A DNA stretch of 64,000 nucleotides from Chloropicon primus (GCA_023205875.1 CP060758.1:62001-126000), one strand, 5' to 3'; numbered from the stretch's first letter, positions 42,861 through 53,723 are shown. Notes: generated by a model from the sequence alone, not told the origin. Translations and numbers: made by a program.

Positions 42861-43467
42861 GAGTGCGTGCGTGTGTCATGTGGGGCGATGGGAAGAGGGT
42901 TTGCCTCGTCTTTACCTCGTCTTTGCCTCGCTGGCAGGGATTTCATACAATACAAATACATTACCAGTACAAGTGGTGTGCCCATGGACTGAAAACTAGA
43001 AAACAAGTGCTCCACTTGCTTTGACGATCAGGTGGCCTGCGATTCGGACTCTGCTTCCGTCGGGAGAGATCTGGTCCTCGGTGATACGGTCACGGTCAGC
43101 GGATAATCCCCAGCCTCACTCTTACCCCTCCCTGCCGCAGCCTAGGGCACCAAAGCCACCAAAGCCACCAGTGGCCTCCAAAGTCTGTGGAGCCAGCAGC
43201 GAATTTGATCTCAAAGGCCAAAACCTAAAAGCGGGGATCGTCCACCACGGAGTGTAGCAAGGTGAGTTGCGGATGGCATGTGGAGGGCGAGGGGGGGGAG
43301 AGGAGACGCGATCGTCGATGGATGGAATCGTCGTCTCGCGCTCGTTCTAACGAGCCCTCGCTCGAAGGAGTTGACGACGTGGGGAAGATTTTAGAAACTG
43401 AACAACTTTCTTCTCTCTGCTTTGCATTGATCGGCGTCAGAGTGAGAGAGAGAGCGAGCGAGGAGAG

Positions 43468-44269
43468 ATGACTGACTTCGAGTCCGTAGGCAAGGTCAGT
43501 GAGTGATCGGCGTGGAGGAGGCCTCCGCCGAGATCGAAGGAACGCGACTGGCGCGACGAGGATGCCGTCATCGTGCGGGAAGTTTTGGGAAAGAGAAACG
43601 GAAGGCCTTCACGACGGTTGGAAGGAGATGGCCGTGCCCTCGTCGGAGGGTGGTGACAGGGGAGGTGTCCCAGCCTTCTCTTTGCCCTCCGATGGTTTTT
43701 GCCAAGCCATCCCTCCACCGTTCGGGACGAGAGGACTTGCTTGCTTTCCAACACCACCCGAATGTTTCTCTGGGCACTGCTAGTTTGATCTTGTCGAGTG
43801 TGTGTGTGTGTGTTGAGTGGTATCTGGAGCCGCCTTCGCTTCGATCTTGCGTCCCGACGTTCTCCCTTTGCAGTGGCTGACCCCGCTCCTTGATGTCTCG
43901 TTTTGACCACGACAGGCTTTCGTTGGGCACTACTACAAGACCTTTGATGCCCCAGGAGGCAGGGCGCAGCTTGGGAGCTTGTATCAGGACACCTCCATGT
44001 TGACGTGGGAGGGCCAGCAGATGCAAGGCGCGCAGGCCATTGTTCAGAAGCTGAGTTCGCTGCCCTTCCAGTCGTGCACGCACCACGTGTCCACTATGGA
44101 CTGCCAACCTTCTGGGCAAACGGGTGGCATCATCGTGTCAGTTACGGGCCAGCTTCTGGTCGAAGGGGAGCAGCACCCCCTCAAGTTCTCCCAAGTCTTC
44201 CAGCTGATGCCTTCCACCCCTGGTAACTACTTCGTACTCAACGACATCTTCAGGCTGAATTATGCTTGA
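43468..44269 (+). CDS. NTF2: Nuclear transport factor 2; intron 43495-43915
   Basis: MTDFESVGK|AFVGHYYKTFD...LYQDTSMLTWEG...DCQPS...KFSQVFQL...NDIFRLNYA. Confidence 0.96.
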
Positions 44270-44590
44270 GGCCAAAACAAACTCTGTGCCAAGGGAGAGC
44301 TCGAGCGCTTTTTATCTATGATTGTTCCCAAGCACCCGTTCCCCCCTGCCACAATCACCCGCGAGGAGGGAGGACCATGACAGAGACGGATGGGAGCGAC
44401 AGATGCGTCACTGGCACCCTCCACAGCCTCCACTCCATCGCTTCCCCACCGCCCGTTGCATTGCCTCGCATTGCCCCCGACCCTCGCTCCTCCTCCCTCC
44501 TCCAAAATATCTCTCATGCTTCGCGCTCGAGGGAGAGGAGGAGGCGAGGGTGTTCGTCCAGGGAAAGCGAGGGAGTGCGCATCAAAGGTG

Positions 44591-45525
44591 ATGAAGATGC
44601 CGACGATGTCCCTTTGGATGCGCGGGACGTCCACCCTTGTGGCAGCATACGTCATACTTTATCTATTCGATTGGTCCCTCTTCAGTTGGCACCCACTGTG
44701 CATGACGCTCGGGTATGCCGTGCTCATGGGCGAGGCCGTGCGCATCGCCATCGACTTCAGGTCTACGGAAGGGCAAGAGAGGGTCAAGAGGATCACGAGG
44801 CATATGCTGGTTAACCTCGGAACTCTCGCTCTGATTACTGTTGGGTTTGCTTCGATATACAAGAACAAGGCAAGTGTGTGGTTGGATGTCAGAATAATCG
44901 AGTTGTGTGCTCGCTTTGTTTGTTTTAAGCAGGGGAAGGAGCCTCTATTGATTGCAGCCCCAACACCGACAGTGGTGTGGAAACTGACGCGGGAGTTCTC
45001 TCTCTCCCTCCCTCCCTCCCCCTCCTCTCTGCCCGCCCGTGCCCCGCTTGAAACTGAAACGGAGAGCAGATTAGGCTGGGCAAGGACCATTACAAGTCTT
45101 ACCATGCAAAGTTGGGCCTCTTCGTGTTCATCATGACCGTGTTTGTGGTAGCCGGAGGTCTGCTGAGCTTCAAGAAGCTAGGGCTAATCAATATCTTCCC
45201 CGAAAAACACCATGGGCTGGTGAAGACGCTGCATAGGTTGGGCGGTGGGACGACCTTCTTCCTCTCTTTGGTCGTTATGGAGTTGGGCTGCATGACTGGG
45301 GCAGTCAAGAAGCATGGAGTATTCGTACAAAGCATGCTGCAGATCTCTATTGCTGCCATCTTTGTTATGATGCTGGTATTCAGTGCCAAAGGGTCGGGTA
45401 CTGGGAACCCGTCGGGGTCCTATTCCCAAGTCAACAACTCGAGGAATACTAGGGAAGAGGATCACTATGAGATCTCGATGGAGAAGTTGCCTGTATCATC
45501 ATCAAGTTTCGAAAGCAGTCGCTAA
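44591..45525 (+). CDS. Cytochrome b561 domain protein (CYB561D-like); GC-AG intron 44870-45069
   Basis: LFSWHPLCM, TRHM, NK|IRLGKDHYKSYHAKLG, KTLHRLGG supply the four heme-ligand His. Start uncertain. Confidence 0.85.
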
Positions 45526-45565
45526 TATTTGTAAAACATGCATTTTAGTGCCCACGACCACAAGT

Positions 45566-48500
45566 TTAGCTTCCACTGACCCAGTTCCACAAATTAGCGC
45601 CCGCTGTCTTCAGTGCCTCGTCAATCTGCACATCCTCTCCGTCTTCATCGGAGTCTTCCACTGCTTCGGCCGCCATCTTATCGAACAGCGAGCCGATATC
45701 CTTGGGACCTTCTTTTTGAGACTTCTCCTCGATGGACGGTCTTCTTGCTGGTTTCTCACTGATCTCCCACCCCTCCTCGGCGCCGCTGTTCCACGAATCA
45801 TCCAGAATCACGGCAGCTTCAGCAGCAGTATCTGGTGGACCGGAAATCGTTGGAGCACTCTGCACGCCGCCCAAGAGCTTCTTCTTCGCTTCTTCCAATT
45901 CCATTGACAATTTTGAATTCTCGTGCTTTGAAAGTGAGAGCTCCTTCTCTTTTGCTTCCAGCTTCTCCTGGATGTTCTTGCCTTTCACTACTGCTGCCTT
46001 CAGCTTGTGCATGGTGTCTTTTTGCTTCTGTTGCAACTTTGAATAGTCCTCGCCCGGCTCTGCTGACGCGGGTGGAGGACTTTGCTGGGAGAGCTCTTCG
46101 ATCTGTTGTTCTTTCTCCTTCAAAGTGGCGGCTGCCTTATCAAATTCTTCCTGGATTGCGCCAAGCCTGGTTTCCAGTTCTTCTGTGTGCAAGAGCTTCT
46201 CCTTCATGCCTTCCTCCAACTTCAAGAATTCATCTTGCATCTCTTGAGCTTTCAGATTATCTTCCTTTTCCTTGTGCAGGTTTGTTTCCAGTTGCGATAT
46301 GTATTCCTTCTGCAAGCCCATCTCCTGCTTCAGCTCCCTCAGTTCAGATGAAGTCTGCGAGTCATTCTTTGCTCCGTTCGCCTGCAAGTCGTTGATTTGC
46401 TCTTGCTTCACATTAATCTCTCGCATCAGCTGTTCCATCTCACTTTGAAGCATTCTTTCCGAGTTCAGCTTGTTCTGTTGTGCCTCTTCCACCTTGGTCT
46501 GAAGCTTACTTATGTCACCGTCCTTCGAAGCAACCGCACTTTGCAACAGCTCTATTTCGTGTGCTTTCTCCTCCAGCTCAGACCTCGCTCCCTCATTCTG
46601 GTCTGCTCTTTCCCTTTCAATATGGAGTCTGCTCTCGAGCTCCGCAATCAATTGCTGTTGCTCAACGGCCTCATCCTCTGCGATCAATTCCCGTTGCTCT
46701 TTCATCTCGAGCGCGACGAGCTTCTCCTTCAGCTCAGCCCCAGCAGCCTCGCTCTGGTTCGCCCGTTCCCTCTCCTCCTCGAGCTTGCCCTGCAGATCAG
46801 CTATCATTTGGCCTTGCTCAGAAGCATCATCCGCCTCAGCATTCGCTCGCTCGCTCAACTGTTGCTCCAGCTCCGCAACCTTGGCACGCAGACCCTCCGC
46901 GTCGGAAGAAGAAGCGCTCCTCATGTTCTCAACCTCGGCGGCCAAGCTCTCTACTTGCTGGGCGAGATCGACCTCTCTCTGCTCCAGCGATGACACCTTG
47001 GCCTCAGCCTCGTCTCTCTGGCTCAAGGACAACGCAGATGCGGCTTCCAGCTTCGTGTTCTCGTCCTCCATCTCGCTTATCTGCTCCTGCAGTGCAGCCA
47101 GCTCGCTGAGCTTCTCCTTCAGCTCAGCCCCAGCAGCCTCGCTCTGGTTCGCCCGTTCCCTCTCCCCCTCGAGCTTGCCCTGCAGATCAGCTATCATTTG
47201 GCCTTGCTCAGAAGCATCATCCGCCTCAGCATTCGCTCGCTCGCTCAACTGTTGCTCCAGCTCCGCAACCTTGGCACGCAGACCCTCCGCGTCGGAAGAA
47301 GAAGCGCTCCTCATGTTCTCAACCTCGGCGGCCAAGCTCTCTACTTGCTGGGCGAGATCGACCTCTCTCTGCTCCAGCGATGACACCTTGGCCTCAGCCT
47401 CGTCTCTCTGGCTCAAGGACAACGCAGATGCGGCTTCCAGCTTCGTGTTCTCGTCCTCCATCTCGCTTATCTGCTCCTGCAGTGCAGCCAGCTCGCTGAG
47501 CGTCTCCTTCAGCTCAGCCCCAGCAGCCTCGCTCTGGTTCGCCCGTTCCCTCTCCTCCTCGAGCTTGCCCTGCAGATCAGCTATCATTTGGCCTTGCTCA
47601 GAAGCATCATCCGCCTCAGCATTCGCTCGCTCGCTCAACTGTTGCTCCAGCTCCGCAACCTTGGCACGCAGACCCTCCGCGTCGGAAGAAGAAGCGCTCC
47701 TCATGTTCTCAACCTCGGCGGCCAAGCTCTCTACTTGCTGGGCGAGATCGACCTCTCTCTGCTCCAGCGATGACACCTTGGCCTCAGCCTCGTCTCTCTG
47801 GCTCAAGGACAACGCAGATGCGGCTTCCAGCTTCGTGTTCTCGTCCTCCATCTCGCTTATCTGCTCCTGCAGTGCAGCCAGCTCGCTGAGCGTCTCCTTC
47901 AGCTCAGCCCCAGCAGCCTCGCTCTGGTTCGCCCGTTCCCTCTCCTCCTCGAGCTTGCCCTGCAGATCAGCTATCATTTGGCTCTGTTCGGCGGCATTGG
48001 ACTCTGCAGCATCGTCATCAACGGCACCTCCTTTCTCTTCATACCCCTTCAACCTTTTCTGGGCTTCTTGGAACTGCTGTTCAATGGCCTTTCCCTTCTT
48101 CACGGCAGCCCTCAGCTTCGTCATTGTTCCAGATTCTTTGCTTTTCAAAGCTTTGATTTCCTCCTCCAACTCTTCCAGCACCTTTGCGTCTGCCCCTGAC
48201 CCCTTTCCTTCCTCCTTCTCTTCCTCCAAAGATTTGATGAGGTTGGCCTTCTCCTCGATCTCACAGGCTTGGCTCGCGATCTCACTGTGCAGCGCCTCCT
48301 TCTCCTCTTCCGTCTTCTTCCCAATTTGCTCCATCCGCTTCTTGAGCACCTGGACCTGCTTCTCTGCCTTCCTCTTTTGAAGCTCGGCCGTTCTCACCTT
48401 CTTGCTCGCGTTCCCTGCCTCTTCCTCGCTCGCGTTCCTTGCAAGGATAACAGCCTGCAGCTGCTCGGACTGCAAAGTCTCCCTCCCCTTCATCTCCTCG

Positions 48501-49273
48501 ATCTCGTTCTCTGCGCTCTGCAAACTGTGCATGCTGGCGACAAGCTTCTCCTCCAGGGTTCGCACCTGCTGGAACATCACTTCTGACTCTTGCTTTTGTT
48601 GCATCATAAGGTGCTGCATGTGCGACGCTTTGTCTCTCAGGCCCTCCTGCTCCTCCATCAAATCGCTGCTGACGTCCTGAATCTTCTGCTTCTCTTCCTT
48701 GAGCTTCCTCAGACTCGACTCGTAGTCCCTCTCCGACCTCTTCCAAGTGTCCCTCTCCTCCTCGTGGTCGGCCTCGACAGTCTTCAGGTGGTTCGCGTTC
48801 TCGTGAATCAAGCTCGACAAGTCGCTGCTCTCGTCCTTCAGGGTGTCCACTCGACCCTGGAGCTCCTCGATCCGCTCCCTCGCCCTCTCGAGCTCGACCT
48901 CTCGCCGAAACCGTAACGGAAGCAGATTCACCCACTCCTCGTGATCGCGAGCCTTGCCGCTCTCGTCGAAAAACCTGCTGACGTTTTCGCTCCCCTCCAC
49001 CGGCCTCCCCGAGATCGACTCGAGCCTCTTCCTTCGCGACTCGAGCGCCAGCGCATTCGTCAACCTCGCCACCTCCTCTGCGCCGCACACCTCCTCCACC
49101 TTCCTCTCCAACGCCCCGCTCAAAGCTATTTGCTCGTCCAGCTTCTCGTAGCAGTTCGCCGCTTCCTCTTCCAGCTTGTAAAGCTCCGTCAACTCCTTCA
49201 CCATCCACCCTTGCACCTCCTCCCCTCCCGGCGAGGAAGCCGACCTCGCCATCATCGCCTTTCCCTCCTCCAT
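45566..49273 (-). CDS. Large golgin-like coiled-coil protein with internal 130-aa repeats (TNO1-like motif)
   Basis: E/K/Q-rich; KLRAAVKKGK and KLKAAVVKGK resemble the KLxxAVxKGK motif of plant TNO1-type proteins. Start uncertain. Confidence 0.7.
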   Translation of the reverse strand: MEEGKAMMARSASSPGGEEVQGWMVKELTELYKLEEEAANCYEKLDEQIALSGALERKVEEVCGAEEVARLTNALALESRRKRLESISGRPVEGSENVSRFFDESGKARDHEEWVNLLPLRFRREVELERARERIEELQGRVDTLKDESSDLSSLIHENANHLKTVEADHEEERDTWKRSERDYESSLRKLKEEKQKIQDVSSDLMEEQEGLRDKASHMQHLMMQQKQESEVMFQQVRTLEEKLVASMHSLQSAENEIEEMKGRETLQSEQLQAVILARNASEEEAGNASKKVRTAELQKRKAEKQVQVLKKRMEQIGKKTEEEKEALHSEIASQACEIEEKANLIKSLEEEKEEGKGSGADAKVLEELEEEIKALKSKESGTMTKLRAAVKKGKAIEQQFQEAQKRLKGYEEKGGAVDDDAAESNAAEQSQMIADLQGKLEEERERANQSEAAGAELKETLSELAALQEQISEMEDENTKLEAASALSLSQRDEAEAKVSSLEQREVDLAQQVESLAAEVENMRSASSSDAEGLRAKVAELEQQLSERANAEADDASEQGQMIADLQGKLEEERERANQSEAAGAELKETLSELAALQEQISEMEDENTKLEAASALSLSQRDEAEAKVSSLEQREVDLAQQVESLAAEVENMRSASSSDAEGLRAKVAELEQQLSERANAEADDASEQGQMIADLQGKLEGERERANQSEAAGAELKEKLSELAALQEQISEMEDENTKLEAASALSLSQRDEAEAKVSSLEQREVDLAQQVESLAAEVENMRSASSSDAEGLRAKVAELEQQLSERANAEADDASEQGQMIADLQGKLEEERERANQSEAAGAELKEKLVALEMKEQRELIAEDEAVEQQQLIAELESRLHIERERADQNEGARSELEEKAHEIELLQSAVASKDGDISKLQTKVEEAQQNKLNSERMLQSEMEQLMREINVKQEQINDLQANGAKNDSQTSSELRELKQEMGLQKEYISQLETNLHKEKEDNLKAQEMQDEFLKLEEGMKEKLLHTEELETRLGAIQEEFDKAAATLKEKEQQIEELSQQSPPPASAEPGEDYSKLQQKQKDTMHKLKAAVVKGKNIQEKLEAKEKELSLSKHENSKLSMELEEAKKKLLGGVQSAPTISGPPDTAAEAAVILDDSWNSGAEEGWEISEKPARRPSIEEKSQKEGPKDIGSLFDKMAAEAVEDSDEDGEDVQIDEALKTAGANLWNWVSGS
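46718..47992. repeat. 390-bp intragenic tandem repeat, about 3.3 copies
   Basis: GAGCTTGCCCTGCAGATCAG at 46781, 47171, 47561 and 47951. Confidence 0.97.
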
Positions 49274-49651
49274 CCCCTCCACCAAACACACGTCCTCCTC
49301 TCGGCCACGAAACCGGTCAAGCAACCTATCGATCGAAAGCCCGTGAGAAGCTCTTTCGTATCCTGCACCTTCCCTCCCCTTGGTCTCCTCCCCTCCTCCC
49401 CTTGCCTCACGCAACCGCACACTCGCTCCTCGCCTCCTTGCCCCAATCGATCGATCACTTTTGGAGCTGCGTACCTCTCCAGCGATCGCCTTCCTTCCTT
49501 CGGAGGAGGAGAGGGGACGAAGGGAGCGGGGCGGAGAGAGAGGGGGGGAGGGGATAGGCGGAAGAAGGATCTCGCGCTCTTTCGATCGTGCGGTCGCTCT
49601 AAGGTAACGGCGTTCTGGTGAGGAATTGGCCGTCACGTCACGTCACGTCAT

Positions 49652-51367
49652 ATGGCGTCCATCGAGGGAGTGCTCCAACGGCGGAGGCAGCACCTCACGA
49701 GAACAGGGGAGGACCTTGCGCACGTCAAGGAGGTTCTCAAGACTTTGCTGAGGCACGAGGTGTGTCCGAGGTGCGCGCTGAGGTTCGTGGGGTGCAACGT
49801 CGAGGACTTGGTGAAGCCCATAAGCGTGCGGGAGGTCCAGAGGTGGTGCTCGGCGGGGAAGGAGGAGGAGGAGGGGGAGGAGGAGGGGACGTCTTGGGGT
49901 GGTGATGGGTTCGTGTGCGCCCTCTGCTTCGGTCTGCTTCAGCTCGATACGGGGAGCAGTTTTGATGCGATTGCGTGCAAAGTGTCACGGTCGTCCCACA
50001 AGCTGGGAGCGCTGGACTCGCAGGACCTGAGCGTGGATTGCACCAGCGCCGGCGACTCTTACGAGCGGTTGTTGTCGAGTGCAATTGCTGCGGTGGAGGA
50101 GACCGGATTCAAGTGCCAGGCCACAGACTTCACTTTGAAATTCTCGATCCCGATGACGATGCTGCTGAGGGACATCTCCCTCGTGCGCTGGCTCGCCGAG
50201 AAATACAGGGAGGACAACTTGAGCTTTGACCACTTGATCTCCACGGACTACTACACTCTGAAAAGGGTGTGCAAGGCACTGCTGACCCAAAAGGTTGGGC
50301 TGGCCTTGGGGTCCAAGGCGGCCCAGGATGCGGACCCGGGCAGCGGAGACCTGGGCTTGGAGCTGCAGCTGGGTGCCCCGGAGGTGGAGGGGGAGGAGAA
50401 GGAGAGTCAGCAGAGGATGGTGGCCCTCGCGTTGAAAGATGGATACTCGAAGAAGAGGAAGAGGGGGGTTCGCAAGGAGGACTATGGTCTTTCGAGCCCG
50501 ACGGCGGTGTTCAAGTCGGCAGTCGCTCTCGCGGCGGGTGAATTTCGGCAAGCTTTCACGGTAACCCCCGACTCCGAGGCCTGGCGCGTCACGAAACCCG
50601 GGTCCATCCAACTGAATTACTTTCGACACCCGATCTACGTGGCGGGGCGTTACATCAAGAAGGCGAGGGACCTGAGCCAGTCGGCCTGGATTGTCACAGG
50701 CAACGTCAGGGTGGGCGAATCATCCGTCGAGGAGGTCATTCAGAATCTTTTGGGGGCGCTGGCGAAGGCGGACGAGTGGAAGATGATCGCCGCCGGAAGG
50801 GAAGACATGGACGTGCGAATGCTGGGAAACGGCAGGCCTTTCGTGATGGAGATCAAGAACTGCGTGGCAAAGTCGCTCCGACTCGAAAAGGTCCTGGACG
50901 AGGAGTTCTCCTCCCCTTTCCTCAGGGGCAAGGTGGAGCTCCGTGACGTTTGCTCCACCACCAAAAGGGCTCTGAAACTCCTTCACGAAGGGGCAGAGGA
51001 GAAGCGCAAAACGTACTCCGCGTTGGTGTGGTCGGCGAGGGCTCTGCGCGCCCCAGACTTTGACAAGGTCAACGGCCTCGTCGACGTGGTGGCCAAGCAG
51101 AAGACCCCGCTTCGAGTCATGCACAGGAGGGCCGGGATGGTGCGAGACAAGACCGTGTACAAGATGAGAATGGAGGCCATACCCGGAAACGATCACTTTG
51201 CCATGCTCGAGCTCACAACCCAGGCCGGGACGTACATCAAGGAGTTCGTGACGGGTGATATGGGCAGGACGACCCCGAGCTTGGCCACCATCTTGGGCTG
51301 GCAGACGGACATCTTGTCCCTCGATGTCATGGGCGTGGAGATGGCCTTTGACGTGCCCAAACTGTAA
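49652..51367 (+). CDS. PUS10: tRNA pseudouridine synthase Pus10
   Basis: CPRCALRF, CALCFG, AGRYIK..RDLSQS.W, AAGREDMDVRMLGNGRPFV, QKTPLRVMHRR, TQAGTYIKEFV.GD.GRT.PSL. Confidence 0.96.
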   Translation: MASIEGVLQRRRQHLTRTGEDLAHVKEVLKTLLRHEVCPRCALRFVGCNVEDLVKPISVREVQRWCSAGKEEEEGEEEGTSWGGDGFVCALCFGLLQLDTGSSFDAIACKVSRSSHKLGALDSQDLSVDCTSAGDSYERLLSSAIAAVEETGFKCQATDFTLKFSIPMTMLLRDISLVRWLAEKYREDNLSFDHLISTDYYTLKRVCKALLTQKVGLALGSKAAQDADPGSGDLGLELQLGAPEVEGEEKESQQRMVALALKDGYSKKRKRGVRKEDYGLSSPTAVFKSAVALAAGEFRQAFTVTPDSEAWRVTKPGSIQLNYFRHPIYVAGRYIKKARDLSQSAWIVTGNVRVGESSVEEVIQNLLGALAKADEWKMIAAGREDMDVRMLGNGRPFVMEIKNCVAKSLRLEKVLDEEFSSPFLRGKVELRDVCSTTKRALKLLHEGAEEKRKTYSALVWSARALRAPDFDKVNGLVDVVAKQKTPLRVMHRRAGMVRDKTVYKMRMEAIPGNDHFAMLELTTQAGTYIKEFVTGDMGRTTPSLATILGWQTDILSLDVMGVEMAFDVPKL

Positions 51368-51524
51368 CAAAGAGCCTTGTAACAAGTCACGATTCATTCC
51401 CCCTTCCCTTCCCCCTTCCCCCTTTCTCTCCTCCGGGCGTTATCGTTATCGTTATCGTTATCGTTATCGTTTTCTCTCAGTTGTCCTTGTCCCTCTGCTG
51501 CTGCTGGAGCAAACCAAGAACGCC

Positions 51525-51821
51525 ATGGCGGAAGGAGGCCAGAGTATCCGACTGAGGAACTATCTGCCAGAGGACGGGAAAGGGTTCAAGCATACGCGAG
51601 TGGAGGCGGCCAAGGTTCCCGAGACAGGTGCGCCGGGGGAGGAGGAGGAGCAAGCGCACGAGGAGGCGGCCGTGGTCGACGTCGCGCCGAAGAAAGCCAA
51701 CTGGGACTTGAAGAGAGACGTCGAGAAGAAGCTCAAGAAGCTGGAGCGCAGAACGCAGAACGCTATGGTTGAACTGATGCGAGAGGAGGAAGCGGCGAGG
51801 CAGAAGATAGTTTCCGAGTAA
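51525..51821 (+). CDS. CCDC12: Splicing factor Cwf18/CCDC12
   Basis: LRNYLPED...APKKANWDLKRDVEKKLKKLERRTQNAMVEL. Confidence 0.88.
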   Translation: MAEGGQSIRLRNYLPEDGKGFKHTRVEAAKVPETGAPGEEEEQAHEEAAVVDVAPKKANWDLKRDVEKKLKKLERRTQNAMVELMREEEAARQKIVSE

Positions 51822-52207
51822 TGCGCGCGGGGGATTTGGGAAAACGTTTGGCCTCCGCAGGGCATCCTGCCTTGAAGCGAGGGGAGAGGGGCAGAACGAG
51901 ATCGAGTCTGAGCACTCGGGTCCGTGCCTCGGCCTCCGATGGCAAGGTCGTCGTTCCCTCCCTTTGCTTCGTGGCGACAGCGGGACTGGTTGACGCCGCC
52001 TTCAGCGGGGACTGGAGCCGCATAGGTGCCATCTCCACGGGCACCGAGGATCAACTCAAGCTTCTTTGCGGTGCTCTTTTGCTGGAGAGGTTGGCCCTCG
52101 TGGCGTGGCTGGGCAAGGCCGAGACCCAGCCGCTCGTATTGGCAAAGGCCTTCTTCGGCGGCACGCTGAGTGTCCTGAACGAGCTCAAAACGAGGGAGGG
52201 AAAATAG
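51821..52207 (+). CDS. Small likely plastid membrane protein of unknown function
   Basis: Transit-like N-terminus (..TRVRA|S); GLVDAAFSGDWSRIGAIS motif recalled from green-lineage unknown proteins; hydrophobic helices. Confidence 0.7.
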   Translation: MRAGDLGKRLASAGHPALKRGERGRTRSSLSTRVRASASDGKVVVPSLCFVATAGLVDAAFSGDWSRIGAISTGTEDQLKLLCGALLLERLALVAWLGKAETQPLVLAKAFFGGTLSVLNELKTREGK

Positions 52208-52235
52208 TTCTTGAAGAGTAATGAGTAGTTTACAG

Positions 52236-53090
52236 TTACACACGTCGTCGTTGCTCACGCCTGGTGAAGCTGGGGATGGCCTCGCCCCTCCTCTTCCTCT
52301 CCGCCAAAAGGATTGCCTGCGCAGCCTTGAGCATCTGGTCGCTGCGCTCAAGGTCGCTGGTCTGGACGTGAGAGAGCTCCTCGAAAACGATTTCCTTCAG
52401 CTCCGGCAGAGATGCTGCTTCCAGGTTAGCTGCCTTGGAAGCGACCTGAGACTGAATTCTCGATCCCGTCAGTGACTCCCTGTCGTAAGGAACGCAGTGG
52501 GCAATCACAGCCCTCACGCAACTCTTGATCTGAGACAAGACTTCTGCAGGAATCTTGCTTCCTTCTTCCTTCATGCTGATGTTCACACCAGAGCACACGG
52601 CGTCCACGTCAGCGGAGAAGCTGGTCTTGATCAGCAGCTTCGCCCAAGATTCCGCAATGTGGGTGTGGTGGTGCCTGTGCTGCTGGCGTTGCTTGGCCCT
52701 CTCCTTCTTTCCTCGCCCGAGGCCATCGCCTCGCCTCAGGCGTCTCGCCACCGATGCATAGGAAGGGGACTTCTTGTACCTGGTTGGAGACCAGTCCTCC
52801 TCCAGTGCGATGGGTGGGGTCTCCATCGGTGGTGGAGGCTTGCTCTCTTCGACTGCAACCCCCTGGTCATCGTTCTTTGCAACATCTCCACCAACTTGTG
52901 CCGCCTCACTGTTCTGAGAGCCAGGAACAACGTTTGAACCCGGATTGCCCACGACCCGAACCTCGAAGTGGATGGGGTGGTTGTACAAAAAGTTGAAGGC
53001 CACAAGAGCGAAGCATGACGTGACAAGGAGGGCGAAGATCCGCTTCAGACTCAGCAATCTCCGAACCCCCGTCCTGGCTCGGCTCGGCAT
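52236..53090 (-). CDS. Type II membrane protein of unknown function
   Basis: Basic N-terminus, single TM segment (IFALLVTSCFALVAFNFLY), Pro-rich stem, helical C-terminus. Confidence 0.6.
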   Translation of the reverse strand: MPSRARTGVRRLLSLKRIFALLVTSCFALVAFNFLYNHPIHFEVRVVGNPGSNVVPGSQNSEAAQVGGDVAKNDDQGVAVEESKPPPPMETPPIALEEDWSPTRYKKSPSYASVARRLRRGDGLGRGKKERAKQRQQHRHHHTHIAESWAKLLIKTSFSADVDAVCSGVNISMKEEGSKIPAEVLSQIKSCVRAVIAHCVPYDRESLTGSRIQSQVASKAANLEAASLPELKEIVFEELSHVQTSDLERSDQMLKAAQAILLAERKRRGEAIPSFTRREQRRRV

Positions 53091-53240
53091 GAGAAGCGCA
53101 CTCAAGCCCCTCCCCAAGGGGCTAACTCCTCCAGCTCCTCGTCTCGTTCCCTCGTCATCCCTGCTGGCTTTCCCTCCGAAGCGGCAACGAGAAGGACAAG
53201 AAGAGGAAGAGGAAGAGGGAGAGGGCGGAAGGCCTCTGTG

Positions 53241-53582
53241 ATGATGGTTTCCTTGCGTTCCCCGTGCGCACTGCCCTCGTCCTTGTTCCCGGCACACTCC
53301 GAGTACTCGGTTCCAAGATTTCGTACAAAGCAGAGCAGCAGCAGGTTCGTCGTCCTCGACTGCAAGTCCCCGGAGAAGAAGAGAGAGATTGAGGACTACA
53401 ACGAGGCGTTGAGGGTAATGTTTGCGGAGGCATCTCTTAAGCTGAGCGACAAGGAACAATGCATTGTGAAGAGAGAGTACCTCGAGGAGGTCGGGCTCTG
53501 CAAAGCTCCTCGTCCTCCGTCGTCGAAGAGAACACGAAGCAAGACGGCCCCTTCCATCGTCAAGGTCAAGCAGGAAGAGTGA
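53241..53582 (+). CDS. Small hypothetical protein with transit-peptide-like N-terminus
   Basis: Ser/Arg-rich N-terminus followed by a charged domain; fits the gap between neighbours. Confidence 0.45.
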   Translation: MMVSLRSPCALPSSLFPAHSEYSVPRFRTKQSSSRFVVLDCKSPEKKREIEDYNEALRVMFAEASLKLSDKEQCIVKREYLEEVGLCKAPRPPSSKRTRSKTAPSIVKVKQEE

Positions 53583-53723
53583 GGAGGGAGAGTTTAGGCG
53601 AGCAAGCAAGCTGTATAAGCAAAATGTAGTTACAAATATCATCACTCTTTAGTCTCCCCGTGTGCCATGTTTTGCCTTCTCTCATTATTATCCTTGGGTC
53701 TGGTAGAATCCTTGCATTCTACT

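Noticed and set aside
43215..43240. Telomerase RNA template (AAAACCTAAAA)
   Set aside because: No supporting promoter, pseudoknot or terminator arrangement on the + strand, and the organism's telomere repeat is not visible in this window.
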